Shown here piece by piece: positions 11,857 through 21,704 of a stretch of DNA of 64,000 nt (positions within the stretch are counted from its first letter, which is position 1; the number at the start of each line of letters is the position of its first letter). Source of the stretch: an uncultured SAR86 cluster bacterium. GTDB lineage: Bacteria > Pseudomonadota > Gammaproteobacteria > Magnimaribacterales > D2472. The position numbers were made by a program, and so were the translations under genes. Location of the stretch: contig CABXNE010000003.1 in assembly GCA_902513515.1 (NCBI GenBank), positions 5,093 to 69,092 of the forward strand, in the 5' to 3' direction. The notes under the pieces were generated by a model that was not told where the DNA came from, ran no database searches, and saw only the letters and a program-made list of their open reading frames with translations.

Positions 11857-12894
11857 TTATTTTTGAGATTTTAGAATTGAACTTAACATTCTTCTAGCAG
11901 CTTGGAAATGATCTATATTATTTTCTGCCTCAGACCATTGGATATATAACTTTGTCTCAATAATATTTTTTAACTTTTCAGATAGAGACTCGATCAATTC
12001 AGACTCTTCATGTATCACCCCCATTTCTAATTCTGCAATATTGATAGCATTTAATAGTTGGTGATTATCTATAGCTGATGGCAAAGGAATCATCAGTGAT
12101 CCTCTATTTAAACTTATTGTCTCTGAGAGAGAAATTGCTCCAGCCCTAGAAATCACAAAATCTGACCACAGAATTAAATCTTGTGGAGAATCATAGAAGT
12201 CTCTTATCTCGGCTGAAATTTTACTAGAATATAATTCTTTGATTCCTGATGATTTACCCTTTCCAGATTGATGTTTGACTTCCATTTGTAATTCTAATGA
12301 GTTTAAAGCTATAGGTATATTTTGATTAATATACTCAGAGCCTTGACTACCTCCAGTAACATAAATCCTTAAAGGTCGTTGATTTCCTTCTAAGGATGAA
12401 GATTTTTTAGACTTTTGAATAGGATTTCCTACTAAAAGCATATCTTCTCTTATAGGCTCATTTATTGGGAAGCCTAGAAATATAAGTTGAGAAAATTTTA
12501 TCAATAACCTATTAGAAGTTCCTATAACTGCATTTTGTTCATGCAAGAAAAGAGGTTTTCTACAAATCCAAGCTGACAAGCCAACAGGTAAAGAGATGTA
12601 TCCACCAAAACAAACAACATAATCAATATTATTACTAAAAATATAATAAATACTTTTGAAAGTAGAAGATATCAAGCCAAGCAATGACGCTATTTTTAAA
12701 ATTAAATTCTTTCCTCTAAATCCACTCATTGGGATTGTTAAAAGCCTGATTTTTTTAGGCAGTACTCTATTTTCTATGCCTGCTTTTGTTCCCACCCAAA
12801 TTACTTCGTTATTTTTTGCAATGCATTCCTTGCTAAATTCTATTGCCGGGAAAACATGTCCCCCTGTTCCAGCTGCAGAAATTAAGAATTTCAT
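11857..12894 (-). CDS. murG: UDP-GlcNAc:lipid I GlcNAc transferase
   Basis: 345 aa. AAGTGGHVFPA, GGSQGS. Zero-nt gap to murC. Confidence 0.95.
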   Translation of the reverse strand: MKFLISAAGTGGHVFPAIEFSKECIAKNNEVIWVGTKAGIENRVLPKKIRLLTIPMSGFRGKNLILKIASLLGLISSTFKSIYYIFSNNIDYVVCFGGYISLPVGLSAWICRKPLFLHEQNAVIGTSNRLLIKFSQLIFLGFPINEPIREDMLLVGNPIQKSKKSSSLEGNQRPLRIYVTGGSQGSEYINQNIPIALNSLELQMEVKHQSGKGKSSGIKELYSSKISAEIRDFYDSPQDLILWSDFVISRAGAISLSETISLNRGSLMIPLPSAIDNHQLLNAINIAELEMGVIHEESELIESLSEKLKNIIETKLYIQWSEAENNIDHFQAARRMLSSILKSQK

Positions 12895-13997
12895 TATTTT
12901 ATGATTTTATTTTCAAAATTAATTCTAAGAACAATCCCCATCAAAAACATAAACAAAATTAAGCTGGTTCCTCCATAACTTATAAAAGGAAGAGTTAAAC
13001 CTTTAGTGGGTAATATTCCAAGATTAACTCCTATATTAAATGCTACTTGAATAGCAATCAAAATGCTGGCACCAAAAGCAAGCAATCCCTGAAATAATTT
13101 TCCTAACTCAAGAGCTTTAAGAGATGTTTTGAGTATCCCAAAAATTAGTAATGCAAATAAAAAAATTACTATCAACCCACCAACCAACCCAAACTCTTCA
13201 ACAATTACTGCAAAAATAAAATCAGTATGTGGCTCAGGAAGATAAAGATTTTTTTGGAGCCCATTCCCAAGACCCAAACCAAACCACTCTCCTCTACCAA
13301 TGCCTAACAAGGCATTGGATAGTTGCCAACCAGATCCCCTAAAATGTTCGAATGGTTCAATAAATGAAATCATTCTTATATATCTATAAGGCTCGAGGTA
13401 AACGGCAATAGCAGCCAATCCAGCCATTAATGAAGTTAGCAATGAAAATTGAAAGAATGAAATGCCTGCAAAAAATAATATTGCGATCACCAAGGCTCCA
13501 AGAACTAGAGTCGATCCAAGATCTGGTTGAGACATGATTAATAATCCAAAAAGAGCCAATACAAACAAAGGTCTAAAAAAACCTAAAGTTGTATTAATTT
13601 CGCCAAGCCTTCTTACACAATATCCAGAAATATAAATAACTAAAGCCAACTTGCTAACTTCGGAGGGCTGAATATTAATTGGTCCAATCCTAATCCATCT
13701 TAAACTTCCATTTACTTCTGTGCCCACTCCAGGAAAAAAGAGAGCGAACAATAATAATAATGAGCCTATTAAAATAACCCAATCCAATGTAAAAAATAAA
13801 TTGGACGGAATGCTCAACGCAATAATTGTTGCAAAAATACCTATGATCAAAAAAATTACTTGTCTTGAAGCAAAATGAAATGGAGTTCCATAAAGATCCT
13901 CTGAGACATAAACGCTTGAAGATGCAACCATCACCACGCCAATGAACAACAAACAGATATACGGAAGAACAATTAAAATATTATCTCGATCAATCAC
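12894..13997 (-). CDS. ftsW: SEDS lipid II flippase / peptidoglycan polymerase FtsW
   Basis: 367 aa polytopic membrane protein. QPSEVSKLAL, PEPHTDFIF, LPFISYGGTS. dcw position. Confidence 0.93.
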   Translation of the reverse strand: MIDRDNILIVLPYICLLFIGVVMVASSSVYVSEDLYGTPFHFASRQVIFLIIGIFATIIALSIPSNLFFTLDWVILIGSLLLLFALFFPGVGTEVNGSLRWIRIGPINIQPSEVSKLALVIYISGYCVRRLGEINTTLGFFRPLFVLALFGLLIMSQPDLGSTLVLGALVIAILFFAGISFFQFSLLTSLMAGLAAIAVYLEPYRYIRMISFIEPFEHFRGSGWQLSNALLGIGRGEWFGLGLGNGLQKNLYLPEPHTDFIFAVIVEEFGLVGGLIVIFLFALLIFGILKTSLKALELGKLFQGLLAFGASILIAIQVAFNIGVNLGILPTKGLTLPFISYGGTSLILFMFLMGIVLRINFENKIIK

Positions 13998-15060
13998 AAA
14001 AAAACTCTTGAACTAATTGCTTAAAGTGGTCTCCGCGTTCCTCAAAATTTTTATAATCTTTTCCACTTGGATGGCCTGGTGAAAAAAGAACTTTTGGGCG
14101 TATATAAAGACCTTTAAATTCATCCTTAATTAATTCCATTACATACCTAATACCATTATTATGAAGTAGTATTTTTTTTGGATGAGAGACTCTTTTATAT
14201 ATTTCTCTTGCATGCGCTCCAAAAATAAATACCTTCTTAGGGCCAATAATTTTATAATTTTTATATTGCTCTTTATTTGGATCTCCACACAGAATCAAGT
14301 AGTAATCTCCATACATCTTATTTAACGCAAATTCTAAAGCAGCCAAATTGGTTGCCTTTGAATCGTTTATGGGGGAATGATGTTTGGCATGAACACCCTC
14401 AAACCTATGTGGTAGATTTTCAAATACAATACCTTGTACTTCGCTGTGATGCCTGCCCATTATAATTGACCATATTTTCTTTGGATCTGATTCTTCTTTA
14501 AAAACTTTGGATTCTTTGATTCTATTTTTGACTTTTGAATACTCTTTAAAACTTCCATGATGATCTATATGATCAGGAGCAATGTTTAAAAGAACACCAA
14601 GATCTAATTTAATTTCTTTTACCTTTTCAAGTTGAAAGCTTGAGAGCTCAATAATTGAGTATGCGCGACCAGTATTAATATTATCCAAAACTGGTTTACC
14701 TATATTCCCAATCAATTTAGAACGATCAAGAATTTGGTTTAAATGATGGCAGAAAGTACTTTTCCCATTTGTACCAGTAATTCCTATCTTATATGAGTGA
14801 TCTTCTTGAAAAAAAATATCCAAATCAGTTAAATAGGGTATTTGGTCAAATTCTCCATTTGGATAAATTTTTTTAATATTGATGCCGGGGCTTAAATAAA
14901 CCATCTCATAAGATTTTAATTTTTCTCTATCAGGCAATTGCCAAAAAATAGAGGCGTTTTCAACCGCTTCATCGTAAATATCAAAATCTATGCCTTTCTC
15001 TGTTAGATATCTTGCGAATGATCTGCCTGTGATTCCATAACCAAAAATTAACGACTTCAT
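13990..15060 (-). CDS. murD: UDP-N-acetylmuramoylalanine--D-glutamate ligase (compact, 356 aa)
   Basis: GITGTNGKST P-loop. C-terminal LFSPGHPSGKDYKNFEERGDHF resembles the E. coli MurD C-terminus. dcw position between mraY and ftsW. Confidence 0.9.
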   Translation of the reverse strand: MKSLIFGYGITGRSFARYLTEKGIDFDIYDEAVENASIFWQLPDREKLKSYEMVYLSPGINIKKIYPNGEFDQIPYLTDLDIFFQEDHSYKIGITGTNGKSTFCHHLNQILDRSKLIGNIGKPVLDNINTGRAYSIIELSSFQLEKVKEIKLDLGVLLNIAPDHIDHHGSFKEYSKVKNRIKESKVFKEESDPKKIWSIIMGRHHSEVQGIVFENLPHRFEGVHAKHHSPINDSKATNLAALEFALNKMYGDYYLILCGDPNKEQYKNYKIIGPKKVFIFGAHAREIYKRVSHPKKILLHNNGIRYVMELIKDEFKGLYIRPKVLFSPGHPSGKDYKNFEERGDHFKQLVQEFFCD

Positions 15061-15067
15061 TGAAGAT

Positions 15068-16153
15068 TTACCTAAGTTTAAGAGTTGCTAATGCAAATAG
15101 GACTAAGACAAAAGTTATAATCCAAAACCTAACAATTACTTTTGGTTCTGCCCAACCTTTTAGCTCAAAATGATGATGAATTGGAGCCATTAAAAAAACT
15201 CTTTTCCCTCTTAATTTATAAGAACTCACTTGAATAATTACACTCAAAGTTTCCATGACAAAGACCCCTGCCATGATCGCAAATACTATTTCATGCCTTA
15301 TTAAAACTGCAAGAGTGCCTAAAATTCCCCCAAGAGTTAGAGATCCCAAGTCACCCATGAAGATCTGCGCGGGGTATGTGTTGTACCAGAGAAAACCTAT
15401 ACCAGCTCCAATCAATGCTCCGCAAAAAACAATTAACTCTCCACTCAGTGGGTTAAATGGAATAAATAAATAATCGGAAATAATTAAGTTCCCAGATGCA
15501 TAAGCAATTAAACCAAGACCCCCAGCTATTAAGACCGAAGGAAGAATTGCAAGCCCATCTAGACCATCGGTTAAATTAACTGCATTAGATGAACCCATGA
15601 TTACAAAAATACTTATAAGCAAGAAAATAAAAGGTGAAATTGTAAATATATATTCTTTATTAAAAGGCAAAATAAAAATTTGTTCATTTCCAGCAGGAGA
15701 AACCTGCAACATAAATAACATGGCTATCAACGCAAAAATAAATTGCAGTATGAGCTTATATTTTCCTTTTAAACCTTTTGAATTTTTCTCCTTTATTTTT
15801 AACCAATCATCAAGAAATCCTATTACGCTAAAAGAGATGGTAATAAATATTAAAATCCAAATATATGGGTTTTTAAAATCTGACCAAAGTAATGTTGAAA
15901 TGATTAATGAAGAGATAATAATTAAACCTCCCATAGTTGGTGTTCCAGATTTTGCAAGGTGTGATTCAGGTCCATCTCCCCTAATTGATTGAGAGAACTG
16001 AAGATTTGACAAGAGTTTAATTAAAGTTGGGCCAAGAAAAATTGATAGCATTAGCGCTGTGAGAGTTCCACCAATAGTTCTAACGGTTAAATAACGCAGG
16101 ACATCGAAGCCAGAATCATATGTCATTAACCAGGTGCCGAGTAATTCGATCAT
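15068..16153 (-). CDS. mraY: phospho-N-acetylmuramoyl-pentapeptide transferase
   Basis: 361 aa. GTPTMGG, NAVNLTDGLDGLA, APIHHHFELKGW. Confidence 0.97.
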   Translation of the reverse strand: MIELLGTWLMTYDSGFDVLRYLTVRTIGGTLTALMLSIFLGPTLIKLLSNLQFSQSIRGDGPESHLAKSGTPTMGGLIIISSLIISTLLWSDFKNPYIWILIFITISFSVIGFLDDWLKIKEKNSKGLKGKYKLILQFIFALIAMLFMLQVSPAGNEQIFILPFNKEYIFTISPFIFLLISIFVIMGSSNAVNLTDGLDGLAILPSVLIAGGLGLIAYASGNLIISDYLFIPFNPLSGELIVFCGALIGAGIGFLWYNTYPAQIFMGDLGSLTLGGILGTLAVLIRHEIVFAIMAGVFVMETLSVIIQVSSYKLRGKRVFLMAPIHHHFELKGWAEPKVIVRFWIITFVLVLFALATLKLR

Positions 16154-16154
16154 A

Positions 16155-17501
16155 TTATTTCCATAACTCTAGAATTTCTTCCATTCGCATTGATCTGGAG
16201 CCTTTGATTAATATGTTCTCTTTTCCTGCTAGATTTTTTTTTAAGAAATCCATCAACTCTATTTTATTGTCAAAGAAAAAAGCATTATCACCAAATGCAG
16301 ATATTGCATGGCGAATTAATTCTCCATATCCAAGCAAACAATCCACTCCATGTATTTTGGCATAGTCTCCCATAGCAATGTGCAGTTTTTTTCTATACCT
16401 GCCAAGTTCCGCCATATCTCCAAGGATTGCAATCTTTCTTCCTTTAAATTTACATAAAACATCTATTGCGGCCATCATAGAATCAGGATTAGCATTATAA
16501 GTATCATCGATAACCTGTGATTGTTTTACCCATGTTTTAAGTTCTAAGCGTTGTGGGGGGTTTTGAAGTCCTTTCAAACCATCTATGAATTCTTCTATGT
16601 TTAATTCAGAAACGTGGATTGCTGCAAAAGCAGCAAGAATATTTAATACATTATGCATTCCTATAAGTCTTGTTTTTATAGGAATTCTTTTCTCTAGATG
16701 AATAGATTCAATAAAAAAAGACAGGCCTTGTCTTGACATCTTAATTTGAGTTGGAAAATAAGACGCTGATGATTTTTTACCAAATGTATAAAAAGTAATA
16801 TCATTTCTCATTTTTTTCCAGTAACTAAGATATTGGCCATCTGGAACAATAGCTGAGCCGTTTTGTTTTATATTATTAATGAGTTCGGACTTTACCTTTA
16901 AGACTCCTCGAACAGAGTTTAACCCGTCTAAATGTGAATGGCCTATATGAGTAATAATGCCTACATTTGGCTTAATTATTTTAGAAAGAAAATCTATATC
17001 CCCCAATTTTGCTGCGCCCATTTCAAAAATTGCTGTACTTTTTTTTGAATCTAATTCTAAAGCACAGAGCGGTAAACCAATTTCATTATTGTAGTTCTGG
17101 TAAGTTGCATAACTATTTTTTATGCCGTTATTTAAAATATTTTTTGTGGTTGTTTTTCCATTACTCCCAGTAACTCCAATAATATTACCCTTATATCTCC
17201 TCATTGCGATCTCAGCAGTCTGAATAAGAGTATCTTCAGGGCTTTTAACTTTAATAATTTTTGAAGAATGAAATATGGAATTTGAAATTTTACTTTTTTT
17301 TACAATTGCAAGAGATGCTCCATTTTTTATCGCATCCTCTGCATAAAGACTACCATCTTCATTTGAACCAGCGAGACCAAAAAAAACTGAGTTCTTTTTT
17401 ACCTTTCTGGAATCTATATGGAAACTTCTAATTGGTAAACTTGATTTGCCGTCAAGCTTAAGAGAAGTTAATAAATCTTTTGTATTGTTAATTAATTTCA
17501 T
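16155..17501 (-). CDS. murF: UDP-MurNAc-tripeptide--D-Ala-D-Ala ligase
   Basis: 448 aa. GVTGSNGKTTTK, DDTYNANPDS. Confidence 0.95.
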   Translation of the reverse strand: MKLINNTKDLLTSLKLDGKSSLPIRSFHIDSRKVKKNSVFFGLAGSNEDGSLYAEDAIKNGASLAIVKKSKISNSIFHSSKIIKVKSPEDTLIQTAEIAMRRYKGNIIGVTGSNGKTTTKNILNNGIKNSYATYQNYNNEIGLPLCALELDSKKSTAIFEMGAAKLGDIDFLSKIIKPNVGIITHIGHSHLDGLNSVRGVLKVKSELINNIKQNGSAIVPDGQYLSYWKKMRNDITFYTFGKKSSASYFPTQIKMSRQGLSFFIESIHLEKRIPIKTRLIGMHNVLNILAAFAAIHVSELNIEEFIDGLKGLQNPPQRLELKTWVKQSQVIDDTYNANPDSMMAAIDVLCKFKGRKIAILGDMAELGRYRKKLHIAMGDYAKIHGVDCLLGYGELIRHAISAFGDNAFFFDNKIELMDFLKKNLAGKENILIKGSRSMRMEEILELWK

Positions 17502-18948
17502 TGCCTACAATTTTTAAAACGCAATCTTTATCATTGAATGGAATTTTTTTTCCTAATATCTCCATATCAGTCTCATGACCTTTACCTAATATTACCAATA
17601 TATTTTCTTTATTTAAGAGTTGAAGTCCTGATCTGATAGCTTCCTGCCTATCCTCTATAATTTCAGCGCAATTATGATCGTTTCCTTCCATTGCGTCTAA
17701 TGCAATGGAAGAGAAAGATTCATACCTGTTATTATCTGATGTAAAAAATACTTTGCTTGCAAAATCTTGCACTGCTTTCATCATCATTGGTCTCTTAGAT
17801 TTATCTCTATCTCCGCCACATCCAAAAACCACAATTATTTCATCATGATGATTAACTAATTCAGAAAGAATATTTCGGATAGATTGATGGTCATGAGCAA
17901 AATCAATCAATATATTCCCCTCTTTTAATCTTAAAATCTCACTTCTTCCCTGAGGAAGGGTGATTGTATTTTTGCTCACATTCTTTAATTCATCTATAGA
18001 AATATGATCTGAAATTAAGGAAATAGCTGCAATATAATTCTCAATGTTAAATTTAAGAAATAATGAGGCCTGAATATCTAAGAATAAATTTGGAAAATTT
18101 AAATTTATTTTAGAATTCCCATCTGGGTTATATTCTAATGAATACTTTAATGCTGCTGAAGAATTTTGAGAGCTTAAAAATTGTGCTTTGGAGAGCTGTT
18201 CTTTCTGATCATCGGAAAAATTTTTAATTAAGTCTTGTATTTGATCAATAAAAATTATTGATGGATTTTTATTTTTCAGGTCAATAATGGATAATTTTGC
18301 ATTAATGTAATCTGCTTCTGTTTTATGATAATCCAAATGGTCGGATTGAATATTAAGAAGTATAGTTTGCCAAAAAGGTAAATTCCCCAATCTATTTTGC
18401 ACTAATGCATGAGAAGAAATCTCAATGAAAATATATGTTTTTTGGTGAAAGTTGCAAGAGCGTAAAATTTGAAATATCTCAAATATTCCTGGTGTTGTAT
18501 TACCCTTTGTTTCAACAAAATCATCATTGATTATTGCTCCTATGGTTCCAATATAAACTGAGGATCTTTTAAGCCCTCGGATAAAATTATGAGCCATAAA
18601 GGCAGTTGTTGTTTTGCCATTAGTTCCTGTTACGCCATGAAAAATAAAATCATCTTCAGATAACCCATGAAATCTAAAAAGGATCCCCAAGATCTTATCT
18701 TCTAAATCATGCAAATAATAAGTTGGTATATCTAACTCTTCCTCTAATTTCTTGTCAGTAAAAATGCAGGATGCTCCTTTTTGAATCGCATCTTTTATGT
18801 ATTCTTTTCCATGTGATCCTACACCTTGTCTAGCAACAAATAATGAATTTTCTTGAACATCTCTAGAATCGTCAGTGATAGAAGAAATAACACAATCATC
18901 AAACACATTTGTATCGATGAAGGGTTTTATAAAAGATAATTTATTCAT
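17488..18948 (-). CDS. murE: UDP-MurNAc-L-Ala-D-Glu--2,6-diaminopimelate ligase
   Basis: 486 aa. GVTGTNGKTTTA, FGCGGDRDKSKRP, GKGHE. Confidence 0.95.
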   Translation of the reverse strand: MNKLSFIKPFIDTNVFDDCVISSITDDSRDVQENSLFVARQGVGSHGKEYIKDAIQKGASCIFTDKKLEEELDIPTYYLHDLEDKILGILFRFHGLSEDDFIFHGVTGTNGKTTTAFMAHNFIRGLKRSSVYIGTIGAIINDDFVETKGNTTPGIFEIFQILRSCNFHQKTYIFIEISSHALVQNRLGNLPFWQTILLNIQSDHLDYHKTEADYINAKLSIIDLKNKNPSIIFIDQIQDLIKNFSDDQKEQLSKAQFLSSQNSSAALKYSLEYNPDGNSKINLNFPNLFLDIQASLFLKFNIENYIAAISLISDHISIDELKNVSKNTITLPQGRSEILRLKEGNILIDFAHDHQSIRNILSELVNHHDEIIVVFGCGGDRDKSKRPMMMKAVQDFASKVFFTSDNNRYESFSSIALDAMEGNDHNCAEIIEDRQEAIRSGLQLLNKENILVILGKGHETDMEILGKKIPFNDKDCVLKIVGNEIN

Positions 18949-20545
18949 CTAAATAATTTAGAACATCGTTAGAAATAGCTGCAAATAGGGGAGCGGCTAC
19001 ACTACCGCCAGAGTAATTATTTAATCCCGGTTCATCAATACTGACAAAAATTGTAAGTCTTTTAGAATTTAATGGTACGATTCCTGCAAAAGATGCTATA
19101 TATTTACTTTGATCGTATCCACCCTTTAAGCTTGTTTTATGAGATGTGCCTGTTTTTCCAGCGACATCATGATTAGGCAATCTTGCAAGTCTTCCAGTTC
19201 CATCTGTAACAACCAATTTTAAAGACTCTAAAACATCATGAGCGGCATCCTGACCTATTACTCTCTGCTTGTATACTTCAACATCATCTAAGAATATTTT
19301 AAAATCTTTAAGATACCCATTATTGGCAAAAACTGAATATGCTTGTGCTAACTGCAAAGAAGATGCAGTCATGCTATACCCAAATCCGATACTTGCAATT
19401 TCATGGTCAGAGATATCTTCCCTTGAATTGATGACTCCATATGCAATCCCAGGGAAAAATATGTTTGGTGGTTTTGAAAGGCCAAATCCTTTATAGCCTG
19501 AAACCAATCCATCTATTCCTACTTGCAAAGCTAACTTAGAAGCTCCTACCTGACTTGATTTAGCAATAACTTCACGTGCAGTAAGATCCATGTAGTTTTT
19601 TGAATCAGATACTGTTCTGCCACTTAAATTTATCAATCCTGGGCTAGTATCTATTACTTGATCAACAGAAAGAATACCCATATCAATTCCCTTAGCCAAA
19701 GCTAGGGGTTTTATAATTGAGCCTGGCTCAAATGCATCAACCAAGGCTCTATTTCTTTTAATCTGTCTTTGAGGGCTATTAGGATTGTATGAAGGATAGC
19801 TAGCTATTGCTAGAATTTCTCCAGAAATATTATCTAGCACTATCGCACTGCCGCCTTTTGCATTATTGGCCTTAACAAAGCTTGAAAGATGCTTGTAAGC
19901 ATAAAACTGAACCCTGCTATCAATTGTTAATTTTATATCACGACCTTGAATAGCTGCTTGGGTTACTTGAGGTCTCCTACTGGCATTTTTATATATAGTT
20001 TCTCGGCCGGGTACTCCTGATAATTCATAATCTAAAATATTTTCAAGCCCCTCTAAACCAAATCCATCTTTTCCGGCAAATCCAACCAAAGTTGAAACCT
20101 GTTCTCCTAGTGGATAATACCTTTTCTGAAAGGATTCAATCTCAATACTAGAGAGTTTTAAACGTTTTACATTCTCGTATTGAGAAAAATCTAAATTAGG
20201 AAATATTAAGGTTTTTTTGTTTATTTTTTTAATTGTAGAAAAATCTTTCATTAGAGAAAGAATATTATTTAATTTATTAAAATCTTCATCTGAAAATTTT
20301 TTTAAGGCATATAAATCATACTGATTAATAGATACCGCAAGAGGAAAATTATTTCTATCTAATATGCTGCCGCGTAATACCGGTATTGACCTAGAGGTCT
20401 CAAGCATACTTTTGCCTTTGGATGTTAAAAAATCTCCTTCAATATATTGAAGGCTTATTATTCTAAACACCAATATGAATAGACTTAGGGTTAGAAAAGC
20501 ATATATTAAATTTGCCCGCCAACTATAGCCAAAATTATTTTTCAT
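18941..20545 (-). CDS. ftsI: peptidoglycan D,D-transpeptidase FtsI (PBP3)
   Basis: 534 aa. N-terminal TM, active-site SxxK (PGSIIKP), KTG motif (AGKTGTS). dcw position. Confidence 0.93.
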   Translation of the reverse strand: MKNNFGYSWRANLIYAFLTLSLFILVFRIISLQYIEGDFLTSKGKSMLETSRSIPVLRGSILDRNNFPLAVSINQYDLYALKKFSDEDFNKLNNILSLMKDFSTIKKINKKTLIFPNLDFSQYENVKRLKLSSIEIESFQKRYYPLGEQVSTLVGFAGKDGFGLEGLENILDYELSGVPGRETIYKNASRRPQVTQAAIQGRDIKLTIDSRVQFYAYKHLSSFVKANNAKGGSAIVLDNISGEILAIASYPSYNPNSPQRQIKRNRALVDAFEPGSIIKPLALAKGIDMGILSVDQVIDTSPGLINLSGRTVSDSKNYMDLTAREVIAKSSQVGASKLALQVGIDGLVSGYKGFGLSKPPNIFFPGIAYGVINSREDISDHEIASIGFGYSMTASSLQLAQAYSVFANNGYLKDFKIFLDDVEVYKQRVIGQDAAHDVLESLKLVVTDGTGRLARLPNHDVAGKTGTSHKTSLKGGYDQSKYIASFAGIVPLNSKRLTIFVSIDEPGLNNYSGGSVAAPLFAAISNDVLNYLDE

Positions 20546-20810
20546 AATCTATATTAGTTAATTTAGAAATCTCAACCATCTTTAAAATTTCTTTTGCGTG
20601 ACGTTCAACTTTCGCAGGAGAACTAAGATGATAGTATTCGGTTTGTAAATTAAAATTAATTTCAGTTAATTTATTATTTGCAACTTTAAGATAGGCATTA
20701 TTCTCATGCTCTTGACTAAATTGCCATCTAATTTTTATAGTTTCAAGACATATACAAAATAAAAAGAAAACATTAAGAAGAAAAATATATAAATAAAAAT
20801 TATTTTTCAT
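20535..20810 (-). CDS. ftsL: cell division protein FtsL
   Basis: The ORF track gives 20535..20900, but the first 30 codons lie inside rsmH. Met31 (MKNNFYLYIFLLNVFFLF...) gives a 91-aa bitopic protein whose ATG overlaps the rsmH stop (ATGA). Coiled-coil-like C-terminal part. Confidence 0.8.
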   Translation of the reverse strand: MKNNFYLYIFLLNVFFLFCICLETIKIRWQFSQEHENNAYLKVANNKLTEINFNLQTEYYHLSSPAKVERHAKEILKMVEISKLTNIDYEK

Positions 20811-21700
20811 AATTTCGAAAATACCCTCATTACTGCGCTCCTTGAACGAGGATTCATTTTGATCTCTTTGGCGGATGGTTTGATTTTTTTCTTGATGCAC
20901 CTATATGTTTCTTTTACTGAAGTATTTATTGGGATATCTTTTGGAAGTTCTTGGATTTCAGGTTTGAAGAAATTTTTTACAATTCTATCCTCGAGAGAAT
21001 GAAATGAAATAATTACTACAACCCCACCAACTTTGAGAACATGATGCAACTTTGAGAGCGCTATCTTTAAATGGCCTAACTCATTATTTACATGAATTCT
21101 AATAGCTTGGAATGACTTTGTAGCTGGATGAGTTTTACCCGTTCTTTTTAGAACTGATTCAATTACTTTTGTAAGCTGAATTGTAGATTCTAGAGGTCTA
21201 ATTTCTCTGAACTCTATGATTGCATTGGCAATTTTTCTTGAAGCCTTTTCATCTCCATATTGATATAAAATATTACTTATTTCTTTTTCAGATGCGCTAT
21301 TAAGCCACTCAGATGCGCTGAAACCTTTAGATAAATCCATACGCATATCTAAAGGGCCATTATTTTGAAAGCTAAAACCTCTTTCAGGGTTATCTAAGTG
21401 AGTTGAACATGTGCCAAGATCAAATAAAACTCCATCAAATTTTTGTTGAGGAAATAATGAGTCAATTTCAGAATAGTTTGAGTGAACTATACTAAAACGA
21501 GGGTCAGCTATGTGATCCTTTGCAAATAAAACTGCTTCAAGGTCTCTGTCAACAGCAAATAATTTTCCTTGAGAAGAAATTTTTTTAAGGATTGCTTGGG
21601 AATGACTGCCTCTTCCAAAAGTTAGATCTAAAAATCTTCCAGATAAATCATTAAGCAAGAAGTCTAATGATTCTTCCAGCAGAACTGGAACATGAAGCAT
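20807..21700 (-). CDS. rsmH: 16S rRNA (cytosine1402-N4)-methyltransferase
   Basis: 297 aa. MLHVPVLLEE, DLTFGRGSHS, ISFHSLEDRIVK. Confidence 0.96.
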   Translation of the reverse strand: MLHVPVLLEESLDFLLNDLSGRFLDLTFGRGSHSQAILKKISSQGKLFAVDRDLEAVLFAKDHIADPRFSIVHSNYSEIDSLFPQQKFDGVLFDLGTCSTHLDNPERGFSFQNNGPLDMRMDLSKGFSASEWLNSASEKEISNILYQYGDEKASRKIANAIIEFREIRPLESTIQLTKVIESVLKRTGKTHPATKSFQAIRIHVNNELGHLKIALSKLHHVLKVGGVVVIISFHSLEDRIVKNFFKPEIQELPKDIPINTSVKETYRCIKKKIKPSAKEIKMNPRSRSAVMRVFSKL

Positions 21701-21704
21701 AGAT

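Noticed and set aside
15597-15992. Long antisense ORFs opposite well-conserved genes: 15597..15992 vs mraY, 28543..28917 vs petA, 52167..52526 vs the ADH, 34925..35260 vs murA, 22429..22734 vs ftsZ, 37643..37945 vs kdsD
   Set aside because: Each mirrors a strongly conserved gene on the other strand. They have low-complexity or odd composition (Ser/Pro/Ile-rich), no recognisable motifs and no SD. They arise where the sense gene is locally GC-richer (Gly/Ala-rich). I treat them as frame artefacts, not overprinted genes. Ribosome profiling would be needed to argue otherwise.
20811-20900. N-terminal 30-codon extension of the ftsL ORF (MHQEKNQTIRQRDQ...)
   Set aside because: The extension lies completely inside the 3' end of rsmH in another frame. 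The internal ATG at 20808-20810 overlaps the rsmH stop in the usual ATGA coupling and yields a normal-sized FtsL.
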